Position numbers and translations under genes: made by a program. The notes under the pieces were generated by a model, which saw only the letters and a list, made by a program, of their open reading frames with translations, had not been told where the DNA came from and made no database searches. Positions 46,931 through 55,653 of a stretch of DNA of 62,300 nucleotides are shown in pieces (position 1 is the stretch's first letter; each line of letters opens with the position of its first letter). The stretch covers positions 134,943-197,242 of the forward strand of contig CAZCME010000001.1 in NCBI GenBank assembly GCA_964499705.1, given 5' to 3'. Origin of the DNA: an uncultured bacterium. GTDB taxonomy: Bacteria; UBA8481.

Positions 46931-48069
46931 CGCACGGGCCCCGCGCCAACGGCTCGTGTGGCCGCCAGCCGTCTCTCCTCGATCGACGCGATCAGCTTGT
47001 CAAAAGAATCGGCGAAAGACTTGACTCCTTCGGTCGTCAGCCGGTCCGTCACATCCTTCAGGCTGATCTCTTCCAGTTCCAGCCCCGCGATGACCGTCCG
47101 GGATTCCTCCAGGTCGGCGTCCAGGGTCCGCTCGATCCGCCCATGATCGCGGAAAGCGTCGTAGGTCTGCGGCGGCACCGTGTTGACCGTGTCGGGGCCG
47201 ATCAGGCCGTCGACGTACAGGACGTCGGAATAGCGCGGATTCTTCGTGCCCGTCGATGCCCAGAGCGGCCGCTGGACATGCGCGCCCGTGGCGCGGAACG
47301 AATCGGTCGCGAAGACGCGCAGAAAGACCTGGTAGGCCGTCTTGGCGTTGGCGATCGCCGCCTTTCCCCGCAGGAGTTCCAGTTCCGTGCGTGCCGCGCC
47401 CATCTTGAGCGGCATCTTCTCCTCGATGATCTTGTCCACGGCGGAGTCGATCCGGGAGACGAAGAAACTCGCCACCGATGCGATCCCGTTCACAGGAAGT
47501 CCCTTCGTCCGGCGTGCATCGATCGCCGCAAGATAGGCCTCCATCACTTTTTCATATACCGGCACCGCGAAGATGAGCGTGACGTTGACGTTGAGCCCCT
47601 GGCCGAGGAGCTCCCGCACCGCAGGGATGCCTTCCGGAGTTGCCGGCACCTTCATCATGAGATTCGGCCGGTTCACGGTGCGCCACAGGCGCAACGCCTC
47701 GTCGATCGTTCCCTTCGTGTCGTGCGCCAGGTGCGGATTCACCTCGAGGCTCACGAATCCGTCCGTGCCCTTCGATTCCTCGTAGAGCGGCCGGAAGCAA
47801 TCCGCCGCGCTCTTGATGTCGTCGATCACCAGCGCTTCGTAGATTTCCATTGTGGAACGGCCCTCGCGGGACAGGTCTCTCAATTGCGTTTCATACTCCT
47901 GGCCGCTCGAAATCGCCTTCTCGAAGATCGTCGGATTCGACGTCAATCCTCGCAGTCCATCCTCGCGGATCATCCTGTCGAGTTCCCCGCTGTCAAGAAG
48001 CGACCGGCTCAGTTGGTCATACCAGATGCTTTGCCCCTGTTTATGAAGCTCGAAAAGTGAAGTTGTCAT
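46927..48069 (-). CDS. tal: Transaldolase
   Basis: GQSIWYD, GLTSNPTIF, VSLEVNP, MKVPAT, NVTLIF, SFFVSRID, RPLWASTGTKNP. Start ATG 48069. Confidence 0.95.
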   Translation of the reverse strand: MTTSLFELHKQGQSIWYDQLSRSLLDSGELDRMIREDGLRGLTSNPTIFEKAISSGQEYETQLRDLSREGRSTMEIYEALVIDDIKSAADCFRPLYEESKGTDGFVSLEVNPHLAHDTKGTIDEALRLWRTVNRPNLMMKVPATPEGIPAVRELLGQGLNVNVTLIFAVPVYEKVMEAYLAAIDARRTKGLPVNGIASVASFFVSRIDSAVDKIIEEKMPLKMGAARTELELLRGKAAIANAKTAYQVFLRVFATDSFRATGAHVQRPLWASTGTKNPRYSDVLYVDGLIGPDTVNTVPPQTYDAFRDHGRIERTLDADLEESRTVIAGLELEEISLKDVTDRLTTEGVKSFADSFDKLIASIEERRLAATRAVGAGPVR

Positions 48070-48177
48070 AGCATTAAATTGTACCGTGACGGCTCCTTCT
48101 TGCCAGCGCGTATTTTCCGTTGTCCACAGGCGACACCCTCTCTGATACCATGCCTGCACGGGAAGGAAGGAAGTCAC

Positions 48178-49065
48178 ATGCGGTTTCACAAGATGCAGGG
48201 CGCCGGGAACGATTACGTCTATATCGATACCGCTGAAGAGTCAGTGGGCGACCCTGCGCAGCTGGCGATTCTTCTGTCGGATCGGAATTTCGGAATCGGC
48301 GGCGACGGCATTATCCTGATCGAATCATCGACTCAGGCCGACGCGCGGATGCGGATGTTCAACGCCGACGGTTCAGAGAGCGAGATGTGCGGCAACGGGA
48401 TCCGCTGCGTCGCGAAGTATCTCTTCGATCGAGGCCGGATCGGCGAGTCGGCGCGCATCGAGACGGGCGCCGGCATGATCGGCGTCCAGATCGCCGTCGT
48501 TGACGGCGTTGGAAAAGCCGAGCGCATCCGCGTGGACATGGGCCGACCGCGCCTCGTGCCCGCGGACGTGCCCACTACTCTCCGGATGGATCACGGCAAC
48601 GACTCGGCTCCTGTCGTCGGCGTTCCCTTGGATGCCGCCGGATCCACGCTGAAGGTCACATGCGTCTCCATGGGGAATCCTCACTGCGTCATCTTTGTTC
48701 CGGATGTCGCCGCCGTCGATCTTCCCGCCATCGGGCCCCGCATCGAGCATCATCCCGCGTTTCCGCGCCGGACGAATGTGGAGTTCGTCCAGCAGACGGG
48801 GCCGTCCTCCTTTCGGCAGCGCACGTGGGAACGAGGTTCCGGCGTGACGCTGGCCTGCGGCACCGGCGCCTCGGCTGTCTGCGTCGCGGCCACGTTGAAC
48901 GGTCTCACGGACCGGAAGGCGCAGATCACGCTGGATGGCGGCGTCCTGGACATCGAATGGGGATCCGACGATCGCGTCTCCATGACGGGACCCGCCGGTT
49001 ATGTATTCTCGGGTGAAGTCGATCCTGCCCGCGTCACCGTCTTCGACCGCATTCTCCGGCGGTGA
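48178..49065 (+). CDS. dapF: Diaminopimelate epimerase
   Basis: KMQGAGNDY, EMCGNGIRC, SMGNPH, NVEFV, WERGSGVTLACGTG. Confidence 0.95.
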   Translation: MRFHKMQGAGNDYVYIDTAEESVGDPAQLAILLSDRNFGIGGDGIILIESSTQADARMRMFNADGSESEMCGNGIRCVAKYLFDRGRIGESARIETGAGMIGVQIAVVDGVGKAERIRVDMGRPRLVPADVPTTLRMDHGNDSAPVVGVPLDAAGSTLKVTCVSMGNPHCVIFVPDVAAVDLPAIGPRIEHHPAFPRRTNVEFVQQTGPSSFRQRTWERGSGVTLACGTGASAVCVAATLNGLTDRKAQITLDGGVLDIEWGSDDRVSMTGPAGYVFSGEVDPARVTVFDRILRR

Positions 49066-50855
49066 GCACGCCGCACGAGCGTGTTGAGAGCTCCTACGCC
49101 ACGATCTTCCGCCTCGCCCGCACCGAATCGAAAGTCTACATCGTCGGTTTCATCCTTATCTTCGTCACCAACGTCATTGAGACGGCCTGGGTGCGCGCGA
49201 CGGCGCTCGCCGTGGAGGAAGTCTGGCGGGGTTCGGCGACGGCCGCGACGGCCGGGATCATCATGGGGCTGGCGCTCGTGGTGTTTCTCTTCCGCTGCCT
49301 GAATCGCAATGTGACGTTCCTGGCCGGGCGCCGCATCGAGAGGAGGCTCCGGACGCGGATTTTCAGGAGCGCCATCGGCCTGTCCCAGGACGAGATGGAC
49401 AAGCACAGGACGGGCGACCTCGTCTCCCGCATCATCAACGATGTTTCCGACATCCGCCTCGTCCTCGGCTCCGGTTTCCTCCAGGTGACGAACAACATCA
49501 TCGCGTACGCCGTCACGATCGCCACGATGCTCGCGCTCGTGCCGAAGCTGGCCATCGTCGCGATCCTCCCGTTTCTTCCGCTTTTCTGGATCGCGAAGAA
49601 GCTGACGGCGGCGACGCATGAACGGTCGAAGCGGTCGCAGGAAGCGCTTGGCGCGCTTTCCTCGGCCGTGGAGGAGACCGTGGGCGGCATCGAGGTGATC
49701 AAGTCGCACACAGCGGAGCCGTGGCAGTTGGAGAGATTCTGCGCGGCCAACGAGCGCCACTACGACGCGGAGCTTGCGAGGACGAGGCCGGAGTCGGTCT
49801 TCGTCGGCCTGATGGGTTCGGTCGTCTGGATCGGAATCGCGGCGATTCTGCTGGCGGGCGGCGCCCTGCTGCCGCTCGCGCTGGATCATCCGGAAAGTTC
49901 CGGAGGCATCGGCGACCTGGCCACGTTCATCTTTCTCTTCGCGAGGCTCGTCTGGCCGACCGTCGCGCTCGGCTGGATCATGAACGTCATCCAACGCGGG
50001 CTGGCGGCCTCGACGCGGGTGGAGATGTTCCTGACGGAGACCGTTCAAGGGGACGTGACCCGCGCGGCCGGCATCGATCCGCGAAAAACCTCTCTCATCG
50101 AACTGCGTCAGGTCTCCTTCACGTATTCGACTCGTTCGCGTCCGTCCGTCACCGATCTTGATATCATCATCAAGCCGGGCGAGTGGGTCGGCATCGTCGG
50201 CCCTACCGCGTCCGGCAAGACGACGCTGGCCCGGCTCATCGCGGGGCTCCGGGCGCCGACCGTCGGCGCCACGATGATCGGAGGTCTTCCTGTCGCGGAA
50301 CTCGATGACGATTCTCGCCGCGGTCTCGTTCACCTCGCGACCCAGGTTCCCACGCTCTTCTCGATGAGCATCGCGGCGAATCTCCGGCTTTCGGACGGTC
50401 CCGATCTCTCGGATGTCCGGCTCCGCGCCGTGATCGATGATGTCGCCTTCCTCGAAGATCTCGACGCGATGAAGGACGGCCTCGCCACCGAGATCGGCGA
50501 GCGGGGACTCCTGCTCTCCGGGGGCCAGCGCCAGAGGCTCTCCCTGGCGCGCGCGTATCTCTCCAGCGCGGAAGTGCTCGTCCTCGACGATATTCTCTCC
50601 GCGGTCGATCTGCGGACTGAGCTCGCCATTCTCGAAGGCATCAGGCGGAATCGCGCGGGCAAGACGACGATCTTCATCACGCATCGCCTTCTCCTTCTCT
50701 CCCGCCTCGATCGCGTGATCGTGATGGAGGATGGCCGCGTCACTGCGGATGGAACGCTCCCGGAGGCCATGCGCGATTCCACGTGGCTCCGCGCGACCTT
50801 CGAAGCCGACAAGCTGACGGCGTCGCTGGAATCGGAAGACGCGGTGACGGCATGA
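49062..50855 (+). CDS. Type IV ABC exporter half-transporter (TMD+NBD), degenerate Walker B
   Basis: TMD with TGDLVSR; GPTASGKT, LSGGQRQR, LVLDD (no catalytic Glu), THR. Confidence 0.9.
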   Translation: MSTPHERVESSYATIFRLARTESKVYIVGFILIFVTNVIETAWVRATALAVEEVWRGSATAATAGIIMGLALVVFLFRCLNRNVTFLAGRRIERRLRTRIFRSAIGLSQDEMDKHRTGDLVSRIINDVSDIRLVLGSGFLQVTNNIIAYAVTIATMLALVPKLAIVAILPFLPLFWIAKKLTAATHERSKRSQEALGALSSAVEETVGGIEVIKSHTAEPWQLERFCAANERHYDAELARTRPESVFVGLMGSVVWIGIAAILLAGGALLPLALDHPESSGGIGDLATFIFLFARLVWPTVALGWIMNVIQRGLAASTRVEMFLTETVQGDVTRAAGIDPRKTSLIELRQVSFTYSTRSRPSVTDLDIIIKPGEWVGIVGPTASGKTTLARLIAGLRAPTVGATMIGGLPVAELDDDSRRGLVHLATQVPTLFSMSIAANLRLSDGPDLSDVRLRAVIDDVAFLEDLDAMKDGLATEIGERGLLLSGGQRQRLSLARAYLSSAEVLVLDDILSAVDLRTELAILEGIRRNRAGKTTIFITHRLLLLSRLDRVIVMEDGRVTADGTLPEAMRDSTWLRATFEADKLTASLESEDAVTA

Positions 50856-52708
50856 GCCGCATTCATGCGAGCGTCACGGCGGGGCCGGACGACGCGGAAC
50901 AGAAGCCGGCGCGCCGGGGGGATTTTTCTCTGGTGAAGCTGATCGTCCCCTATGTTCTTCGCGAGAGAAGGTTGTACATCCTCAGCCTTCTTCTCCTGCC
51001 GCTATCGATCCTCTTTCCCCTCGCGCTGCCGCGGATCGTGAAGGAGATCGTGGACCACAGGCTTCATTCGGGCATGTCCCGCGAGCTTGTGACGGGAGTG
51101 GGGATTCTTCTCGCTGTCGTCGGGATGAATTTTCTCGTCATGTATCAATTCCAGTGCATTCTCCGCAACATCGGCCTCCGGATCATGCGCGCCCTGCGGA
51201 CGGATCTCTACGCGAGGCTCCAGTCGTTTCCGATCGGATATTTCCGGCATGAGTCGCGCGGCCGCATCGTCGCGCGCCTGCCGCCCGATCTCGATCAGAT
51301 CGACCCGAGGTTCGCCTCGGGCGGCCTCATGCTCGTGGCGGATTGTCTCTCCGTTCTCGCCATCGGCGTCGCCATGCTCGATCTCTCCGTGCCCCTGGGT
51401 CTCTGGGGACTCTCCGTCATTCCCTTCATGGCCGTCACCGTCACGTGGCTGAGCCATCGCATGCGTTCGATCATCCGCATCGTCAGGACGCTGACGGCGC
51501 GGATGAATTCCTTCGCCCAGGAAGCGCTCTCCGCGCATGACGTGATCGCGGTCCTCGCCGCGCGCGATCATTTCCGGAATGACTTCGACAAGATCGCGAG
51601 CGAATTCGAAACCACGACCCTGACGGCCAACCGCTATGAATCGGCCTTCTTCGCGGGCATCGATTTCTTCGGATCGCTGGCCGTCGCGATGGTCGTCTAC
51701 GGCGCCATCGGCGTCACGGGCATCACGGCCGGGCTCATGATCGCCATGGCCCAGTACGTCCAGCAGTTCTTCGTTCCGCTCCGGGGACTGGCGACCCGCT
51801 TCTCCACGTTCCAGCAGGCGATGGTCGCTCTGGAACGCATCGACCATCTGATGCGGCTGCCGGTCGAACCGCAGGAGGCTCCGGTCGTCGACTCATCGGC
51901 CCGAGGGATTCCAGGCAAGCCCGTGCGGAAACTCCAGGTGAAGGATCTCGATTTTTCCTATCGCGCCGGAACGCCTGTGCTGAAAAATGTCAGCCTCGAC
52001 ATCGAACCGGGGATTCACATGGCGATGCTCGGCGAAACCGGCAGCGGCAAATCCACGTTCGCCCGGATCCTCTGCGGATTCTACCGGCAGGACAGGGGAA
52101 CCGTTGCCTGGGGAGGATCGGACCTGGACGCGATCCCGTTGCGGGAACGCAGGAAGATCGTGTCGCTGGTGCCGCAGGAGGTTTTTCTCTTCGACGCGTC
52201 CGTGGAGGAGAACATCAGGCTGGGCCGCGATGTCGCCGATGCGGATCTGAGTCGGATCATCGCCGCCGTGGGCCTGGAGCAGGTATGCGCAAGGGAACAG
52301 GCCGGCACGGACGGCGGGGCGACCATTCGTACCGGCCTCGGCGAATGGGGGCGGCGGCTCTCGGAGGGAGAGAAGCAACTCATCGCCGCCGCGCGGATCA
52401 TCGTGTATAACCCGGACATGGTCGTTCTCGATGAAGCCACTTCCTCGCTCGATCCGCTTCTCGACGCCAGTGTCCGTGCCGCGATCCGCAAGGCCCTGGA
52501 GGGACGCTCCGCGATCATCATCGCCCACCGCCTCTCCACGCTCCAGTCCGCCGACGCCATCGCGGTGATGCACAAGGGATCCGTCGTGGAGACGGGGACG
52601 CACGAGGAACTGATCGCGCGGGGCGAGTATTACGCGAAGCTGTATCGCCTGATGGAACTGAGCGAGGTCACGGCGAGCCACGGCGCGCGCGAAAGAACAG
52701 CGGCGTGA
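50852..52708 (+). CDS. Type IV ABC exporter half-transporter (TMD+NBD), partner subunit
   Basis: GETGSGKST, degenerate signature LSEGEKQ, VLDEATS, AHRLST; ATGA overlap. Confidence 0.9.
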   Translation: MSRIHASVTAGPDDAEQKPARRGDFSLVKLIVPYVLRERRLYILSLLLLPLSILFPLALPRIVKEIVDHRLHSGMSRELVTGVGILLAVVGMNFLVMYQFQCILRNIGLRIMRALRTDLYARLQSFPIGYFRHESRGRIVARLPPDLDQIDPRFASGGLMLVADCLSVLAIGVAMLDLSVPLGLWGLSVIPFMAVTVTWLSHRMRSIIRIVRTLTARMNSFAQEALSAHDVIAVLAARDHFRNDFDKIASEFETTTLTANRYESAFFAGIDFFGSLAVAMVVYGAIGVTGITAGLMIAMAQYVQQFFVPLRGLATRFSTFQQAMVALERIDHLMRLPVEPQEAPVVDSSARGIPGKPVRKLQVKDLDFSYRAGTPVLKNVSLDIEPGIHMAMLGETGSGKSTFARILCGFYRQDRGTVAWGGSDLDAIPLRERRKIVSLVPQEVFLFDASVEENIRLGRDVADADLSRIIAAVGLEQVCAREQAGTDGGATIRTGLGEWGRRLSEGEKQLIAAARIIVYNPDMVVLDEATSSLDPLLDASVRAAIRKALEGRSAIIIAHRLSTLQSADAIAVMHKGSVVETGTHEELIARGEYYAKLYRLMELSEVTASHGARERTAA

Positions 52709-54051
52709 CGACGAAGATCGAGGGCGGCGACGAGCTCCGCGCGGAAGTCGCGCGCGCCGACGACATCGTCCGGCACATCGAGCGCCAGTCGAAGCTCCGC
52801 GAGAATTTTCTCATCGGCATGGAGTACGAGCGCCTCGGCGTTTACAGGGATACGGGCCGGGCCATTCCCTACGAGGGCGTCATCGAGAAGATTCTCGATC
52901 GCGTTGCGGAGAAAGACGGCTGGACCCGCGGATATGAAAACGGCCACATCATATTTCTGGAGAAGAAGACCGGTGACATGTCGCATTCGGAGACAATCAC
53001 CCTGGAGCCCGGCGGCCAGACCGAGTACGCGTCGGCGCCCGCGAAGACGATCGCCGAGCTGCTGCGGAGCTCGCGGCGCGCGGGGAAGATCCTCGACGCC
53101 GCCGCCGCGGAATTCGGAGCCGTCTACATCGGGCTGGGGTACCAGCCCTATTCGAGCCCCGAGGAAATCGCGTGGGTTCCGAAGGCACGCTATCGCGCAA
53201 TGGCGCCTTACCTCGCCCGGCGCGGCCGGCTGGCGCACGAGATGATGAAGATGACGGCCGGCTGCCAGGTCTCCCTCGACTTCACCGACGGCCGCGACGC
53301 CATGCGCAAGCTCCGCGCGGCCCTCCTCTGCACCCCGATCGCGCAGGCGCTCTTCGCGGCCTCGTCCATCGGCGGCGGCCGTGACCTGGGGTACGCGACA
53401 TGGCGCGCGAAGATCTGGACGGAGACGGACAACGACCGGTGCAACACGCCCGGGTTCATGATGCGGGAGAACGCGACGATCGAGGAATATGTGGAGTGGT
53501 TGCTCGACATGCCGCTCATGTTTCTCGAGCACGATGGAGAATACCGCGACGGCACAGGATTCACCTTGAGGCGATTGATGAAGGAGGGGCATGAAGGTCG
53601 AAGAGCGACGCTGTATGATGCGGAGCTGGCGATGACGCAGGCTTTTCCCGAGGCGCGGATCAAGCGGTTCGTGGAGGTCCGGTCCTGCGACACGCCGCGA
53701 CCCGACCTCGTCGCGACCGTCGCGTGTTTCTGGACATCGCTGCTGTACGGAAACCTGGACGCCGTCTTCGATCTCTTCGCTCGCGTCGACGAAGCGACCT
53801 ATACGGAGATGCGCGAGGCCGCGATCAAAGAGGGACTGCGCGGCAGGGCGGGCGGCCGCACGATGGGCGAATGGGCGACCGCCCTGCTGGAGATCGCCGG
53901 CGCCACGGCGACATGCCGGACGAACATGGAGATCCTGCGGGACCGCGCCGCGCGTGGAGTAACGCCCGCCGACGACGCTGCGGCTCTGATTCGCCGGAAT
54001 ATTTCGCCCATGGAACTGGTGGAGTCTTTTGCCAGCCAGGCTACTTTATAA
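52705..54051 (+). CDS. gshA: Glutamate--cysteine ligase (GCS2, plant/alphaproteobacterial GshA or EgtA-like)
   Basis: IGMEYE, ITLEPGGQ, WVPKARY, MMKMTAGCQVSLD, RAKIWTETD..R, FPEARIKRFVEVR. Confidence 0.85.
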   Translation: MTTKIEGGDELRAEVARADDIVRHIERQSKLRENFLIGMEYERLGVYRDTGRAIPYEGVIEKILDRVAEKDGWTRGYENGHIIFLEKKTGDMSHSETITLEPGGQTEYASAPAKTIAELLRSSRRAGKILDAAAAEFGAVYIGLGYQPYSSPEEIAWVPKARYRAMAPYLARRGRLAHEMMKMTAGCQVSLDFTDGRDAMRKLRAALLCTPIAQALFAASSIGGGRDLGYATWRAKIWTETDNDRCNTPGFMMRENATIEEYVEWLLDMPLMFLEHDGEYRDGTGFTLRRLMKEGHEGRRATLYDAELAMTQAFPEARIKRFVEVRSCDTPRPDLVATVACFWTSLLYGNLDAVFDLFARVDEATYTEMREAAIKEGLRGRAGGRTMGEWATALLEIAGATATCRTNMEILRDRAARGVTPADDAAALIRRNISPMELVESFASQATL

Positions 54052-55653
54052 AGCTCTCCATAATTGAGGGATGGCCAGGAACGCCCAGTCCAGGAGAAAT
54101 TGCATTCCGATCAGCGCGCCGAGCACATACAAGCCCCAGGATCTATCCAGAAGTCGTTTCATCGCGTCGGCGAGCCAGGGAGCCAGCAGGGGAAGGATCG
54201 GAATCATATAGCGGATATGGGGCCAGGAGTCGAAGGTGTGGGGATAGGTCACGATGAGCGCGGCGTAGGCGAGGAAGGCGACCATGCCGATGCGGTGCGC
54301 CGTGTTGTCCGGGTGAGGCGCGGATTTTCGCAGGACGAGCCCGAACAGCGCCAGCAGCGGGGGTAGATGCATGAAGATTCCTATCCGGATGGAGAAGGCG
54401 TGCGCGATGGCGGCTGTCATCCAGCGCGCGGGCTGGAAAAAGTGAGCTGACGAAGAGCCATAGGCATGGGGAAGCTGATGCGGCCATCGGAACTGGAATG
54501 TCGCCGCATAGGAGAAAGCAACGGGAAGGAAGAATACCGCGCTTGCGATGACGAGTCGAATGCGCGCGCGGCCGAAGAAGAAGGCCAGGACCAGGAGCGG
54601 CACGGCCACGCCCGCCATACGTTCATGAAGAAGCATCGACATGGTCGTGACGGCCGCAAACGCGGTCGGGCCCTTTCGACCGGCGAGATATTCGTCAAGG
54701 AGATGCAGGCTCCAGGCAACCGTTGCCGCCATGAATATTTCGGGCTGGGTATTCGTGGGATAGTACAGAACTGGTGTCGCCGTCGCGAACGCCGTCAGGG
54801 CAATGGTGCCGGCCTTGCCATGAGGCAGGAGAATCCTGGTCAGCGCGAGGAGGAGCAGGAAATATCCAGCAAGCCCGGGCAGATACGCGATCCACCAGCG
54901 CGCGACAGGCTCGCGCGCCCGCGAGGCGCAGGCCACGAAGGGGGCGAGGATGACCGGATACCCGGCCATGCGGAGAGAATAGACATTCAGATTTTCCGGA
55001 TAGTGGCGGAGCATGAATCGGTAGTAATCCCAGGAGGGGGGAATCTTTTCAAAATAGAAATCATCGAGGACGGGCGGATCGATGATCGGCGGCAGGAGCG
55101 TCGAGCCATTGTGCGCGATCGCCAGCGCGGCGGCGATGAAATCGCCCTCGTCCGATTCATTGGGGGGCTGGGATGCGGTCGCGAACGAAGCGAGGAGCGC
55201 GAGGACGGTCCAACCTGCGGCAATCCGGTGAGGAATGCGCTCGGCAAGGAGCGGCCTAAGGAGAAAAGCGGAGAAGAGCGCGGACCCGAGAAGCCACGAC
55301 GCCGCCAGAAGGTATTTTATCCCTCCGAAGGGAGTAATGGTCCGCGCGAAATAGGATTCGGGCAGCAGCCATGCCGCCGCGGGGAAAAGAGCGGCCGACC
55401 AGGGAAGCAGCGATGCGCTCAGCGGCGGTTTGCCGTCCCGATTGTGCGCCCATCGAAGAAGGCGATCGAGGAGAAGCGCAAGCGCGGAACCGGCCGTCGC
55501 GAGCACGAGAAGCAAGTCTCCCGACGGCGCCGCCGTGCCGCCTCGGTGAAGAGCGAGTTCCGGCAGGAGCCACGCGATCCAGGCTCCGGCCAGGCATCCC
55601 GAAGCGATGACCAGGTAAAGCTTAAGTCCTGATCGTTCACGGCATGTGTTCAT
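54046..55653 (-). CDS. Polytopic membrane protein, GT-C glycosyltransferase-like
   Basis: More than 10 TMs, loop SDEGDF, ATPVLYY..QPE, RYMIPILP. Confidence 0.55.
   Translation of the reverse strand: MNTCRERSGLKLYLVIASGCLAGAWIAWLLPELALHRGGTAAPSGDLLLVLATAGSALALLLDRLLRWAHNRDGKPPLSASLLPWSAALFPAAAWLLPESYFARTITPFGGIKYLLAASWLLGSALFSAFLLRPLLAERIPHRIAAGWTVLALLASFATASQPPNESDEGDFIAAALAIAHNGSTLLPPIIDPPVLDDFYFEKIPPSWDYYRFMLRHYPENLNVYSLRMAGYPVILAPFVACASRAREPVARWWIAYLPGLAGYFLLLLALTRILLPHGKAGTIALTAFATATPVLYYPTNTQPEIFMAATVAWSLHLLDEYLAGRKGPTAFAAVTTMSMLLHERMAGVAVPLLVLAFFFGRARIRLVIASAVFFLPVAFSYAATFQFRWPHQLPHAYGSSSAHFFQPARWMTAAIAHAFSIRIGIFMHLPPLLALFGLVLRKSAPHPDNTAHRIGMVAFLAYAALIVTYPHTFDSWPHIRYMIPILPLLAPWLADAMKRLLDRSWGLYVLGALIGMQFLLDWAFLAIPQLWRAL

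Noticed and set aside
52705-54051. Ergothioneine cluster (egtA)
   Set aside because: No egtB, egtC or egtD in the window, so only the ligase family can be called.
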